Shown here: piece after piece, positions 1 to 10,229 of the stretch
Numbering within the stretch: position 1 is the stretch's first letter
Layout of the letters: every line of letters starts with the position of its first letter
Origin: Candidatus Omnitrophota bacterium
Lineage (GTDB): Bacteria > Omnitrophota > Gorgyraeia > Pluralincolimonadales > Pluralincolimonadaceae
DNA: 64,000 nt
Reading direction: 5' to 3'
NCBI GenBank assembly: GCA_028716565.1
Contig: JAQUPL010000008.1
Location: forward strand, 13,067-77,066
Notes under the pieces: model-generated
The model's database searches: none
Told to the model about the DNA's origin: nothing
What the model saw: the letters and a program-made list of their open reading frames with translations, nothing else
Translations under genes and position numbers: made by a program

Positions 1-865
1 GAAAATAATCGATGAAACGGCCCCCGGATGCCAGGCAGTAGCTGAACGCGACCATTTTCTTATCCGTCCGCCATAAGAAAAACTTCGTCTCTTCGGGCAT
101 ATTCCCCGATATGTTCCTGAAAAAATCCACCGGCACTTTCTCGAGCCCCACCTCTTTCCTGCCGAACGTCTGGAGGTATAGGGCGTACGCCTCTTTCAAT
201 TCGTCCTCTTCCAGCCTGCCCTTCACTTCCAGGTCGAACTTGACCTCCTCGTCGATCTTCTTGAACTTCCTCCTCAACCCGCTCCTGGACGCGTAACTTA
301 GCGTCCCGAGGTAGCCGTTAAAATCCCGGAAACGAATATCCATCTCCGTAAAAGGCAGGGACGCGGTCCTGAAAAAACCGTCTTCAAGGCATTTATCGAG
401 GATATCCCTGTACCTGAAGCTGAAATCCTTAAATACGACGACCTTCGCCTTTGCTTCCTTCGCTATCTGTTCCATGCCTTCGCATATGGCCTTGACCACC
501 ACCCCGGGTTCCGCGGCGGCGATCCCTATCCTGCCCTGCCCGTTAGGCAGGCCGCAGATCAGGATCCTCGGATTAAAAATAAAAGGGAAGATATTCTTGA
601 TGCACCTGGCGAACCCCTTGAGCTTTCCGGTAACGCCGAAATCCAGACCGAAATTCATTACGAAGCAGCTGGTCGCCCCGACCGGGATATCCTTGTCATA
701 AACCAGGATGTAAAAGAACGAGAATTGCGGCATCTTCGATTCGTCGAGGGTTTTTAGGAAAAAATAGTTCTCCCCCGCCGCCGGCATAAGTTTATTCCAG
801 TCCCCGACGGGGATCTCTTCGATCTTCCTAGCGATCTTAACATTAAATCCGGATCCCGCCGTCAT
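1..865 (-). CDS. GNAT-fold acetyltransferase, FemAB/BioF2-like (Acetyltransf_6-like); 5' complete, 3' end runs off window start
   Basis: My own translation of the reverse strand gives an uninterrupted frame from ATG at 865..863 to coordinate 1, about 288 aa. No ORF-track entry exists because there is no in-window stop. Motifs resemble FemAB-like GNAT proteins. Confidence 0.45.
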   Translation of the reverse strand, partial: MTAGSGFNVKIARKIEEIPVGDWNKLMPAAGENYFFLKTLDESKMPQFSFFYILVYDKDIPVGATSCFVMNFGLDFGVTGKLKGFARCIKNIFPFIFNPRILICGLPNGQGRIGIAAAEPGVVVKAICEGMEQIAKEAKAKVVVFKDFSFRYRDILDKCLEDGFFRTASLPFTEMDIRFRDFNGYLGTLSYASRSGLRRKFKKIDEEVKFDLEVKGRLEEDELKEAYALYLQTFGRKEVGLEKVPVDFFRNISGNMPEETKFFLWRTDKKMVAFSYCLASGGRFIDYF

Positions 866-876
866 GTCGTATAGCC

Positions 877-1251
877 CTACTTTTTCCCGGCTAAGATATC
901 CTTGACCCGCGCGATGAATTTGTCTTTAGGCGTGGATTTGGATATGTAATCCAGCCCGCCTATCTTCCAGCCGCTTGCCGCGACCTCCTCTTCCCTAACG
1001 AGCGCCGTCAGGAATACCACAGGAATATCCTTTGTTTTGTCATTTTGCGAGAGGGCCTCGTGCACGCGCGTCCCGTCGACCGTCGGCATCATGATATCGA
1101 GGAGGACGAGGGACGGGGACTGTGATACGGCCATGTCGAAACCTTCCTTCGCGTCGCTGGAGGTCAGGACCTCGAAACCCTCCTTCGATAATATCTCCGA
1201 ATAAAGTTTAAGCACCATCGCATCATCGTCTATCATAAGGATCTTCGCCAT
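877..1251 (-). CDS. single-domain response regulator (CheY-like receiver)
   Basis: Receiver-domain motifs are present (MAKILMIDDD ... LLDIMMP ... K). The internal ATG at 1251 is preceded by GGAGG. The track ORF begins at an upstream TTG and overlaps the kinase gene. Confidence 0.8.
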   Translation of the reverse strand: MAKILMIDDDAMVLKLYSEILSKEGFEVLTSSDAKEGFDMAVSQSPSLVLLDIMMPTVDGTRVHEALSQNDKTKDIPVVFLTALVREEEVAASGWKIGGLDYISKSTPKDKFIARVKDILAGKK

Positions 1252-1267
1252 CTTGTACCTCCTCTTC

Positions 1268-2395
1268 TTAACCGGTGTTAAGCGGCAGGGTGAAATAAAA
1301 ACGCGTGCCTTTGCCCTTGCCTTCGCTCTCAAACCACATCTTGCCTCCGTGCAGCTCCACGAATTTCTTGCTTAACGGCATGCCGAGGCCGGTACCCGCG
1401 TATTTACGCGAATATTCGCTGTCGACCTGCTCGAATTCCGAAAATATCTTATGGTTGTCCCTGGCTTCTATGCCTATGCCGGTATCCCAGACGCAGACCA
1501 GGATCTCTCTTTTGTCGGTTTTTTTGGCGTCAATGCCGATCTTACCGCCGTCCGGGGTGAATTTCATCGCGTTTGAGAGAAGGTTGAAGATGACCTGTTT
1601 GATTTTCCTCTCGTCCGCTTTTATTACCCCCACCCCTTCACTGACGTCCGCGGAGAGGGTTATGCCGTGCTTTGTCGCTTTTTCCGATATAAAGATAAAA
1701 CTCTTCTTTAAAAGTTCCTTCAGGTCGAACTCTCCCAGTTCCAGTTCCATCTTCCCGGCTTCGACTTTTGAGAGGTCGAGTATATCGTTTATCAGCGAGA
1801 GCAGGTGCTTTCCGCTCTCCCAGACGTAATCGAGGTATTCTTTCTGTTTATCGGTCAACGGGCCGACGCTCCCGTCTTTCATTAATTCTGAAAAACCTAT
1901 TATCGCGTTAAGCGGCGTCCTTAATTCATGCGACATATTCGCCAAAAACGAGCTCTTCGCCTTATTAGCGCTCTCGGCCGCCTCCTTCGCCCTGACTATC
2001 TCTTGCTCGGCCTCTTTAAGCCTTGTTATATCGTTGCCGATGCAGAGTATCTCCCTGACGAGGCCGTCCTCGTCGAGGATCGACTTATTGGTCCAGGCGA
2101 TCCACACGCGCGTGCCGTTACGCATCACGTTCTCGTTCTCGTTGCTCACGTAGCTCGACGGGTGGAGCGCCATGTCGTCTATCATCGCCTTAAGGTCGCG
2201 GCCCGAGGAATCTGTCGGGGCCACTATCGTACCGACGACATTCTTCCCCAGTATCTCCTCCTGCCTGTACCCAAAAAAATTCTGGGCGAACCTGTTGAAG
2301 TAAGTGACATCGCCCCTCATATCCATGCGCAGGATGATGCTGTTGGCGTTCTCCACGAGTTCGCGGTACTGGATCTCAAGTTCGTCCCGGCTCAT
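1268..2395 (-). CDS. PAS-domain sensor histidine kinase (HisKA + HATPase_c)
   Basis: A PAS region is followed by the H-box MSHELRTPLN and N, G1 and G2 boxes (GTGLGM). 375 aa. Confidence 0.85.
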   Translation of the reverse strand: MSRDELEIQYRELVENANSIILRMDMRGDVTYFNRFAQNFFGYRQEEILGKNVVGTIVAPTDSSGRDLKAMIDDMALHPSSYVSNENENVMRNGTRVWIAWTNKSILDEDGLVREILCIGNDITRLKEAEQEIVRAKEAAESANKAKSSFLANMSHELRTPLNAIIGFSELMKDGSVGPLTDKQKEYLDYVWESGKHLLSLINDILDLSKVEAGKMELELGEFDLKELLKKSFIFISEKATKHGITLSADVSEGVGVIKADERKIKQVIFNLLSNAMKFTPDGGKIGIDAKKTDKREILVCVWDTGIGIEARDNHKIFSEFEQVDSEYSRKYAGTGLGMPLSKKFVELHGGKMWFESEGKGKGTRFYFTLPLNTG

Positions 2396-2769
2396 GAGGA
2401 TAGGTAGTCCTTTATCTTTTTTACCAGCCCTTTCGTGTCGATCGGCTTCGGGACGAAATCGTCGAACCCCGCGGCCCTTATCCTCTCCTCGTCCTCTTTC
2501 ATCACCGACGCGGAGAGCGCTAGGACCCTTACGCGGTCGAGGCGGCGGTCCTCCCTTATCTTTTTATGGACCTCGAACCCGTTCATCTTAGGCATATTGA
2601 TATCGAGGAGGATGATATCCGGGATGGCATTCTTTAAGGTCTCGAGTGCGGCTATGCCGTCACAACAGCTTAACGTATTAAAACCGTTGATCTCGAGGAG
2701 ATCAACGGTAAGTCTCATATTCAGGGGTTCATCCTCTACTATAAGTACCGTCTTCTTATCGTCGGTCAT
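2392..2769 (-). CDS. response regulator receiver protein
   Basis: VLIVEDEP ... LLDINMP motifs. It overlaps the kinase start by 4 nt, which suggests translational coupling. Confidence 0.85.
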   Translation of the reverse strand: MTDDKKTVLIVEDEPLNMRLTVDLLEINGFNTLSCCDGIAALETLKNAIPDIILLDINMPKMNGFEVHKKIREDRRLDRVRVLALSASVMKEDEERIRAAGFDDFVPKPIDTKGLVKKIKDYLSS

Positions 2770-2805
2770 CTTAAGCCAATATGTTAAATCTTTATCACCC
2801 CCGTG

Positions 2806-5800
2806 TCAAGGCGGATAACTGAACGGCAGGCTCTGGAAAGTCACTTCTCCGCCGGAAGACCCCCTGAAAACAAAACCTTTCGGAGGGTGCGCAGTACCCC
2901 AGGCCTTGATCTTCAGGGCGCCGTCCTCTTCCTTTACGGAATAACTGATATTACCGTAAAATGTCGGGAAATTCCCTATCGAGACGCCTTCTTTGTCCGA
3001 TAGCCATTTTTCCGGTAGGCCCGCCCCGAGGACCAGCAAACCGTCATCTTCATACACAAATAAGCTCCTGAACGCATTTATGAATATGGAGGCGACCCAG
3101 GTGTGGGGCAGGTCGCCGACAAACCACGGCCTCCGGTCATCGGCTAATATCCCTTCCGCCCACTGGTTCCAGGCAAGCGGCCTGCGCATCCTCATGAATT
3201 CCTCGAGCATCTTTACGGCCTTATCCCTCTGGTCCGACAGGACGAATACCTGGGCTATCCTGAAGGCATACGGCGAATATGACCATTTTGGCCCGCTCGC
3301 CAGGCTCGGCAGGAATTGCTTCGTCCAGAATATCCCGAAAGTATCGTCAAGGGAAGGCTGCGGCAGGTACTTCGATTCCTCGATCGGCCAGACCGCGATA
3401 GCGGTTGACGGCGCGTCAAGGTCAGCCCTTTCGGCGCAACCTGGTATAAAGTTTATCTTTGCCGACTGCTGCACGGCAACAATAGAATCGTTGACACATT
3501 TTCTGAAATCGGCTGTCTCCTTTTCCGCGCGGCCAGCCAGTTCCTTATCGCCTAAAATATCCGCGATGGATGCGGCGTCTTTCCATCCTTTTATCCCCCA
3601 GAAATCATCCCAATAACTGTGCACGCCCGGCGCAGGGAAATAACCCTCGTGGCTGACCGACCGCGGGAAGAGGCCGTAAAACTTTCTTTTGCCGGGCGGG
3701 CCGTTCTTGTATTCGTCGGTCATCTCTTTCTTCCTCAGCGCCTCGGTAAAATCAAGGACGCGCTTGACGGCAGGTAATTTGCCCTGCAGCCACGTCTTAT
3801 CGCCGGTGAAGAGATAATATTCAAGGACCGAATAGACATACTGCCCCTGGCTGTCGTATTCCTCGAATTCACTCTCCCACGCGGGTTCGGCGGCAGTCTC
3901 GGAGACCATTATAGGCGGGACCTTGCCGTCCGCCTTTATACGGCCGGTAAACCAATCGATATATTCTTTTACTTCCTCCGTGTGCCCCATCCTCATCATT
4001 GCGGCCGAGGCGGAACAGGTATCGCGTATCCACGACTTCTTATAGGCGCCGGAACCGGCCTGCAGCATCGGCCCGTCTTTATTAATTAAAATATATGCCA
4101 GGCTGCTCTTGACGGCATCTGACATCTCTTTATCCGGGATATTTATCTGGACGCGGTCCAGTTTTTCTTCCCAAAACTCTCTCGTTTTCACCTGCATCAC
4201 CTCAAAATCCTTTTCCGGGCCTTTGCTGTTCAATACTTTTAATGCCGCTTCAGCGCCATGAAGGGGTATGATGAAAAAATATTCTTTTTCGTCCTTTGGC
4301 TTGATCCTGAAATCATACTCAAGGACGCCTGATGCGTAGTCAAAAGGATCTTTAATTGACGGCCTGGCGGCTATCGTCCCGGTCTTCAGCGCGTCGACGA
4401 GGCCGTCTTCCATATACGTAGAACCGCCGAACCTGTCCGGGGCCCGAAGAGAGATCAACCGGTCTTTCCCGTCGATCCTCACCGTATGCCTGCCTTTCGT
4501 ATCGTATTCCAGGCTCCTAATCATCGCCATACCGCCGCTCCATTGCCAGGACGGATAGACCTGGAAAGGCCTTATTGTAAGGAACAGTTTCCCCTTTAAT
4601 ACTTTCTCGCTTTTATTTTTCAGCGAATAACGGACACAGGTAAGAGATTCATCCGGCTTGCCGTAGCCGAATGATCTCTGGGAAAAAACCAGATCATTGT
4701 TTTCCCAAATCACCTCCGGCATGGGAAGATAACCTTTTTCGAGGGATTGGGATATCCGGAAGTCATCACGGGTAAGAAGTTTGTTGTCGAGGTAAATGAA
4801 CGGCATCAGGGAGGGGCCCCAATTATACAACTGAAGTTGCCCGTCTTCGCAGAAACAGCTCTCCGCTTTATCCCCTTCTACGCCGATCACGGTCCAGTAG
4901 GCCTGGCGGCCTCCTATCCATTCGGGATAATACTTCCTTTCCGAGGGTCTCGCTTTCATCTGGTAATAACTTTGCGCATCCAGGCGTTTCTTGATCTGCG
5001 GGACCGTGCCTACGTCATGCACGAGGACCATAGGGGGTTTGGATATGCCGCCGCCGCCCCAATCATCGAAGACACGGAAAGTAAAATTATTCTGTTTGCC
5101 CGGTACCAGGTATTTCCCGACGGTCGAGACGGTCAGGGTTTGGTTTACGCTTCCCGGGATCGTCGAGTTCGTGACCCTGGGGCCGTATGAGGCGACGAAT
5201 TGGCCGTTAACGTACAACTCGTAAGCGTCATCTACTCCGCCGGCCATCAGGACGGCCTTGCCGTCATTCCAGTTCCCGGGAATTAAAATATCTTTCTTAT
5301 ACCAGGCGTAACCGTCGTAGCCCGGAAAACCCTGGTCTTCCCAAAACCGCCCTGTCTCGATCTGCTCCCAGCCTCCCGGAGCGCCGGCGGCCGTAAACCA
5401 TTTATCCTTGACCCCGATGTTGCGGGGATCTGTCTTAAAATCCCATTTACCTTCGAGAGGTATGATCTCTCCCTCGTTTATTTTGCCGGAATTATCAACG
5501 CCGGGCCCGATTATGGAAATCTCGAAGAGCGAATATCCCCATTTTGTGGCCCTCTTTTTAAAAACCAGCTTTATATACCTTGCCGCGGTCTTCTCGAAAG
5601 AGATCTCCTCGCTCCCGCCGGCGGCTTTATCCTGCTTATACGCGCTCCTCCACTCTTTACCGTCCGAAGACAACAGTATCTCGTAAGAGGAGGCGTATGC
5701 CGTCTCCCAGAAGAGCGTCAGGCCGGATATTTCTTTGGCCTCCCCGAGGTCTATCTCAAGCCATTCATTGTCGGAAAATTTGCTGCTCCAACGGGTGGCC

Positions 5801-5946
5801 ATATTGCCGTCGAGGAGGTTCTCAGGGCTTAATGCGGCCTCGGATGAGGAAGCCGTTATCTTTATTTCCGAGGAAAAACCGTTGGAAGGAAAAAATAGAA
5901 GGGAGGCCGCCGATAAAATAATGCTGAGTTTTACCCTGATAGCCAT
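2806..5946 (-). CDS. secreted multidomain glycoside hydrolase: signal peptide, F5/8 type C (discoidin) domain, beta-sandwich sugar-binding domain, (alpha/alpha)6-type catalytic region
   Basis: N-terminal signal peptide, then the discoidin motif (ATRWSS ... WLEIDLG). A GH2-like sugar-binding segment follows (WEDQGFPGYDGYAWYKK). The C-terminal half looks like a six-hairpin glycosidase. The exact GH family cannot be assigned by eye. Confidence 0.55.
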   Translation of the reverse strand: MAIRVKLSIILSAASLLFFPSNGFSSEIKITASSSEAALSPENLLDGNMATRWSSKFSDNEWLEIDLGEAKEISGLTLFWETAYASSYEILLSSDGKEWRSAYKQDKAAGGSEEISFEKTAARYIKLVFKKRATKWGYSLFEISIIGPGVDNSGKINEGEIIPLEGKWDFKTDPRNIGVKDKWFTAAGAPGGWEQIETGRFWEDQGFPGYDGYAWYKKDILIPGNWNDGKAVLMAGGVDDAYELYVNGQFVASYGPRVTNSTIPGSVNQTLTVSTVGKYLVPGKQNNFTFRVFDDWGGGGISKPPMVLVHDVGTVPQIKKRLDAQSYYQMKARPSERKYYPEWIGGRQAYWTVIGVEGDKAESCFCEDGQLQLYNWGPSLMPFIYLDNKLLTRDDFRISQSLEKGYLPMPEVIWENNDLVFSQRSFGYGKPDESLTCVRYSLKNKSEKVLKGKLFLTIRPFQVYPSWQWSGGMAMIRSLEYDTKGRHTVRIDGKDRLISLRAPDRFGGSTYMEDGLVDALKTGTIAARPSIKDPFDYASGVLEYDFRIKPKDEKEYFFIIPLHGAEAALKVLNSKGPEKDFEVMQVKTREFWEEKLDRVQINIPDKEMSDAVKSSLAYILINKDGPMLQAGSGAYKKSWIRDTCSASAAMMRMGHTEEVKEYIDWFTGRIKADGKVPPIMVSETAAEPAWESEFEEYDSQGQYVYSVLEYYLFTGDKTWLQGKLPAVKRVLDFTEALRKKEMTDEYKNGPPGKRKFYGLFPRSVSHEGYFPAPGVHSYWDDFWGIKGWKDAASIADILGDKELAGRAEKETADFRKCVNDSIVAVQQSAKINFIPGCAERADLDAPSTAIAVWPIEESKYLPQPSLDDTFGIFWTKQFLPSLASGPKWSYSPYAFRIAQVFVLSDQRDKAVKMLEEFMRMRRPLAWNQWAEGILADDRRPWFVGDLPHTWVASIFINAFRSLFVYEDDGLLVLGAGLPEKWLSDKEGVSIGNFPTFYGNISYSVKEEDGALKIKAWGTAHPPKGFVFRGSSGGEVTFQSLPFSYPP

Positions 5947-5949
5947 GAT

Positions 5950-6918
5950 TTATACCGCTTCCATAGTTGAAGGCGGCTTGGGAGCTATATTATATGTGAC
6001 ACTGACCACACCCGGCACTTCCGCAAGTATGCGGTTTGCCAGCTTCTCCAGCGTGCCGAAAGGCAGCTGCGTCGGGCGCGCCTGGCGCGCGTCGACGCTG
6101 TCCCAGCAGCGTATCTCGATCTGCTGCCCGAATTCCCTCTTATTGTTGCGCATCCCGGTAACGCGGTCGTTATGCAGTATGGCCATATATTGGAACGCCT
6201 TGACAGAGGCCAGCTCCTGCTCGAGGATAACGGTCGCTTTACGCACAAGCTCTATGCGTTCCCTCGTAGCTTCCCCGATCACGCGCGCGGAGAGCGCAGG
6301 CCCGGGGAACGGCATCCGGTTAAAGATCGACGCGGGCAATCCCGCCGTCTCGGCTACCTTACGGACCCCGTCTTTCCTCAACTGCACCAACGGCTCGATT
6401 ATCTTGTATCCGAACGCTTCCTGCGGGTCGATGCCCAGCTGTTCAAAGACATTATGCTGGCGCTTTATCCCGGCAACAGTCTCGTCTATATCGGTAAGTA
6501 TCGTCCCCTGCAAAAGATATTTAGCGCCGCTTTTTTTCACCAGGTCGCCGAATACTTTTTTGTAAAAGGTCTGGGTGATCGCCTCGCGTTTCTCTTCGGG
6601 ATCGGTAATACCCTTGAGCGCGCCAAAAAACGCTTCCTGCGCGTCGATTATCTCCACTTTCACTCCCAGTTTCTTGAAGACCGACGCTATCAGCTCGGGC
6701 TCCCCCTCGCGCATTATCCCGTTATCGATGAAATATGTCTTTAACCTCTCACCCAGCGCCTTGTGGCCGAGCATGGTCACCGCCGAAGAATCAACCCCTC
6801 CGGAAAGCGCGTTGATCGCTATCCCGCTGCCCACCGTGCGTGAGATCTCAGCCGCTTTTTCCTCGATAAATTTTTTTGCGTCCAATTCATTCGCGGTTAT
6901 CTCCTTAACTTCCGGCAT
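5950..6918 (-). CDS. guaA: GMP synthase ATP-pyrophosphatase subunit (GuaA C-terminal / GuaAB-type), standalone
   Basis: PP-loop SGGVDSS and a GMP synthase C-terminal dimerisation region. There is no glutamine amidotransferase domain in the ORF. It overlaps the carB start by 14 nt. Confidence 0.7.
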   Translation of the reverse strand: MPEVKEITANELDAKKFIEEKAAEISRTVGSGIAINALSGGVDSSAVTMLGHKALGERLKTYFIDNGIMREGEPELIASVFKKLGVKVEIIDAQEAFFGALKGITDPEEKREAITQTFYKKVFGDLVKKSGAKYLLQGTILTDIDETVAGIKRQHNVFEQLGIDPQEAFGYKIIEPLVQLRKDGVRKVAETAGLPASIFNRMPFPGPALSARVIGEATRERIELVRKATVILEQELASVKAFQYMAILHNDRVTGMRNNKREFGQQIEIRCWDSVDARQARPTQLPFGTLEKLANRILAEVPGVVSVTYNIAPKPPSTMEAV

Positions 6919-9900
6919 CTGCCCCTCCTTTTATTAATAATTCATGATATTCCTGCAATGACCTCGGCTGGCTTTGTTTATGTTTTACCGAATCGATCCC
7001 GTCGACCGTCGCCTTGGCCGCGGCGATCGTCGTCACATAAGGGATCTTATACTGGATCGCGAGCATGCGGATGTAACTGTCGTCGTGGGCGCTCAACCTT
7101 CCGATAGGAGTATTGATGACAAGGCTTATCTCCCTGTTCCTGATCGCGTCGGCGATATTGGGCCTGCCCTCGTGCATCTTCTTGATAGGCGCCGCCTCCA
7201 CTCCCTTCCCTTTAAGGAAACGGGCGGTATTTTCGGTGGCGAGTATTTTAAAACCCATTTGCGATAATTTCGCGGCGATCGGGAAGAGGTCCTCCTTATC
7301 CGTGTCTGCTACCGTGATAAGTACGTTTCCCTCAGTCGGCAATTTTGTCCCTGCGGCTTCCTGCGCCTTAAAGAACGCCAGGCCGAAGTCCTGGTCGATA
7401 CCCATAACCTCTCCTGTCGCTCGCATCTCCGGGCCCAATACCGGGTCGACTTCAGGGAACATATTAAAAGGGAATACCGCCTCTTTTACGGAGACATACG
7501 GGAGTTTCCTGTGAATAAGCTCGGGAAAATCGGTTAATTTTTTTCCTAACATCAAAAGTGTCGCGATGCGCGCCAGCGGTATGCCGACGGTCTTGGAGAC
7601 GACCGGTACGGTGCGCGAGGCGCGGGGGTTCGCTTCCAATATATATACCTTATCTTCGCAGATCGCGAACTGTATATTGATCAGCCCCCTCACTTTTAAT
7701 TCTTTAGCTATCTTCTTTGTCCATTCGTCGATGGTCTTCAGGTGCTCCGGCTTTATAGTGCGCGACGGGATCGAGCAGGCGGAATCCCCCGAATGTATCC
7801 CGGCGTGTTCTATATGCTCCATCACCGCGGCCGTAAAAATCTCTTGTCCGTCGCAAAGCGCGTCCACTTCGCATTCCGTGGCGTTCTCCAGGAAGCGGTC
7901 GATGAGCATCGGGTGCTCGGGGCTGACCTGGATCGCGTCTTTCGCGTATTTGACCAGCATCTGTTCGTCGTAGATCACTTCCATCCCGCGGCCGCCCAGC
8001 ACAAAAGAGGGCCTGACCATGAGGGGATAGCCGATCTTCTTGGCAACCTTTACCGCCTCTTCCATAGAAAATACCGTCGCGCCGTCCGTCTGCCGGATCC
8101 CCAACTCGATCATCTTCTGCCTGAACAATTCCCTGTCTTCGGCAAAGGCGATGCTTTTCGTGCTCGTGCCGAGGATCCTTACCCCGTTCTCCTCGAGCTC
8201 GGCGGCAATATTGAGCGGCGTCTGACCTCCGAACTGCACGATCGCGCCCTCCGGCTTCTCCTTCTCCCAAATTGCCAATACATCCTCGACGGTCAGCGGC
8301 TCGAAATAAAGCTTGTCGGAAGTGTCATAATCGGTGGAAACGGTCTCGGGGTTGCAATTTATCATGATCGTCTCAATACCTTCATCGCGCAAGGCGAACG
8401 CGGCATGGACGCAGGTATAATCAAACTCGATCCCCTGGCCGATACGGTTCGGCCCGCCACCTAAGATAAGGACCTTCTTTTTGCCGGAGACCGGCACAAG
8501 GTCTTTTCCCGCCGTATAAGTGGAATAATAATATGCCGCCTCTTTCACGCCGCTCACCGGAACAGGTTCAAACCGCGCGTTGCCGGTGACTTTCTTCCTG
8601 CGGGCGCGCACTTCCTTTTCTTTCACCTTGAATATCTTCGCCAGGTATTTATCGCTGAACCCCCACTCCTTGGCTTTCTTTAAGGAAGCGTCGGATAGCC
8701 CGGCCCAGCCGGATTTCAGCATCTCCTCCTCAAACTCCACCATCTCTTTCATTTCCTTGATGAACCACCTGCCGATGTATGTAAGGCCGTAAAGCTCTTC
8801 CACGCTTATGCCTTTCCGCAACGCCTCATACATCAGGAAGGCGCGCTCACTGGATGGATAGGCAAGGCGGGATTTTAATTCAAGTAACGACAAATTATGG
8901 AAATCCCTGGCGAACCCCAATCCATGCCTGCCTATCTCCAGGGAACGTATGGATTTCTGGAACGCCTCCTTGAAATTCTTGGCGATAGACATCACTTCGC
9001 CTACCGCCTTCATCTGCGTCCCCAGCACGTCTTTCGCCTGGCGGAATTTCTCAAAAGCCCAGCGGGCAAATTTGATGACCACATATTCGCCCCACGGCTC
9101 ATATTTTTCCAGCGTTCCCTTCCTCCAGTAAGGTATCTCGTCGAGGTTAAGGCCCGCGGCTAATTTCGTGGATACGCGCGCGATGGGAAAACCCGTCGCC
9201 TTGGAGGCAAGGGCCGAGGAGCGCGAGGTGCGCGGGTTGATCTCGATGACCACCAGCCGGTCATCTTTCAGATTATGCGCGAATTGTATGTTCGTGCCGC
9301 CCACCACCCCGATAGCATCGACTATCCTGTAGGAAAAATCCTGCATCCTCTTCTGGAGTTCCTGCGGGACTGTCATCATGGGTGCGACGCAAAAACTGTC
9401 GCCGGTATGCACTCCCATCGCGTCTATATTCTCGATGAAACAGACCGTGATCTTTTGGTCTATCTCGTCGCGCACGACTTCCAGCTCCAGCTCTTCCCAC
9501 CCGATAACCGCTTCCTCGATCAAGACCTGGTGTATGAGGCTCGCGTTCAGGCCGCGGCGGGATAGGGTACGCAGCTCCTCTTCGTTATAAGCGATGCCGC
9601 CGCCTGTGCCGCCCAATGTGTATGCCGGGCGCACGACGACCGGATACCCCAATTTCTGCGCGATCCTTAATGCATCTTCCTCTGAAAGGCAGATCTCGGA
9701 AGCCGGCACCGGGATACCCAGCTTCTTCATCGTATCCTTGAACGCCTCACGGTCTTCCCCGCGCTCGATGGCATCGGCCTTTACGCCGATTATCTTGACG
9801 TTATACTTATCCAGGACCCCGGCCTTATTCAACGCGGAAGAGAGGTTCAAGCCGGTCTGCCCGCCTAAATTCGGCAGCAGCGCATCCGGCCTCTCCTTGG

Positions 9901-10135
9901 CGATTATCTTGGTCAAACTTTCGACGGTCAAAGGCTCGATATAAGTGTGGTCGGCCATCCCGGGATCGGTCATTATCGTGGCGGGGTTTGAATTTACCAG
10001 GACGATCTCATAACCTTCTTCGCGCAGGGCTTTACACGCCTGGGTCCCGGAATAGTCGAATTCGCAGGCCTGGCCGATGATTATGGGACCGGAGCCGATG
10101 ATCAATACTTTTCTGATGTCTTTGCGTCTTGGCAC
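6905..10135 (-). CDS. carB: carbamoyl-phosphate synthase large subunit
   Basis: 1076 aa with two duplicated ATP-grasp halves plus an MGS-like C-terminal domain. Classic CarB motifs throughout. Confidence 0.95.
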   Translation of the reverse strand: MPRRKDIRKVLIIGSGPIIIGQACEFDYSGTQACKALREEGYEIVLVNSNPATIMTDPGMADHTYIEPLTVESLTKIIAKERPDALLPNLGGQTGLNLSSALNKAGVLDKYNVKIIGVKADAIERGEDREAFKDTMKKLGIPVPASEICLSEEDALRIAQKLGYPVVVRPAYTLGGTGGGIAYNEEELRTLSRRGLNASLIHQVLIEEAVIGWEELELEVVRDEIDQKITVCFIENIDAMGVHTGDSFCVAPMMTVPQELQKRMQDFSYRIVDAIGVVGGTNIQFAHNLKDDRLVVIEINPRTSRSSALASKATGFPIARVSTKLAAGLNLDEIPYWRKGTLEKYEPWGEYVVIKFARWAFEKFRQAKDVLGTQMKAVGEVMSIAKNFKEAFQKSIRSLEIGRHGLGFARDFHNLSLLELKSRLAYPSSERAFLMYEALRKGISVEELYGLTYIGRWFIKEMKEMVEFEEEMLKSGWAGLSDASLKKAKEWGFSDKYLAKIFKVKEKEVRARRKKVTGNARFEPVPVSGVKEAAYYYSTYTAGKDLVPVSGKKKVLILGGGPNRIGQGIEFDYTCVHAAFALRDEGIETIMINCNPETVSTDYDTSDKLYFEPLTVEDVLAIWEKEKPEGAIVQFGGQTPLNIAAELEENGVRILGTSTKSIAFAEDRELFRQKMIELGIRQTDGATVFSMEEAVKVAKKIGYPLMVRPSFVLGGRGMEVIYDEQMLVKYAKDAIQVSPEHPMLIDRFLENATECEVDALCDGQEIFTAAVMEHIEHAGIHSGDSACSIPSRTIKPEHLKTIDEWTKKIAKELKVRGLINIQFAICEDKVYILEANPRASRTVPVVSKTVGIPLARIATLLMLGKKLTDFPELIHRKLPYVSVKEAVFPFNMFPEVDPVLGPEMRATGEVMGIDQDFGLAFFKAQEAAGTKLPTEGNVLITVADTDKEDLFPIAAKLSQMGFKILATENTARFLKGKGVEAAPIKKMHEGRPNIADAIRNREISLVINTPIGRLSAHDDSYIRMLAIQYKIPYVTTIAAAKATVDGIDSVKHKQSQPRSLQEYHELLIKGGADAGS

Positions 10136-10169
10136 GCTAATCTTCTCCGATGGGTGGGTAATTTATAGT

Positions 10170-10210
10170 ATTATAGAGATAATGGCTTGCTATTTCAAGG
10201 ATTTTTGAGG
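10170..10210 (-). promoter_or_regulatory. sigma70-type promoter for carB (TTGAAA-17-TATAAT) with upstream A-tract; short copy of the window-wide repeat motif
   Basis: Minus-strand -10 TATAAT at 10175..10170 and -35 TTGAAA at 10198..10193, with a 17-bp spacer. Upstream is CCCTCAAAAATCC. Confidence 0.6.
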
Positions 10211-10229
10211 GCTGATTTCTTTCCGGTGA

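Noticed and set aside
111-701. Short plus-strand ORFs at the window start
   Set aside because: They lie opposite a continuous 288-codon minus-strand frame (the FemAB/GNAT-like gene) and are low-complexity.
5735-6565. 276-aa plus-strand ORF spanning the GH/guaA junction
   Set aside because: It is antisense to two conserved genes and Ser/Ala/Arg-rich with no domain signatures.
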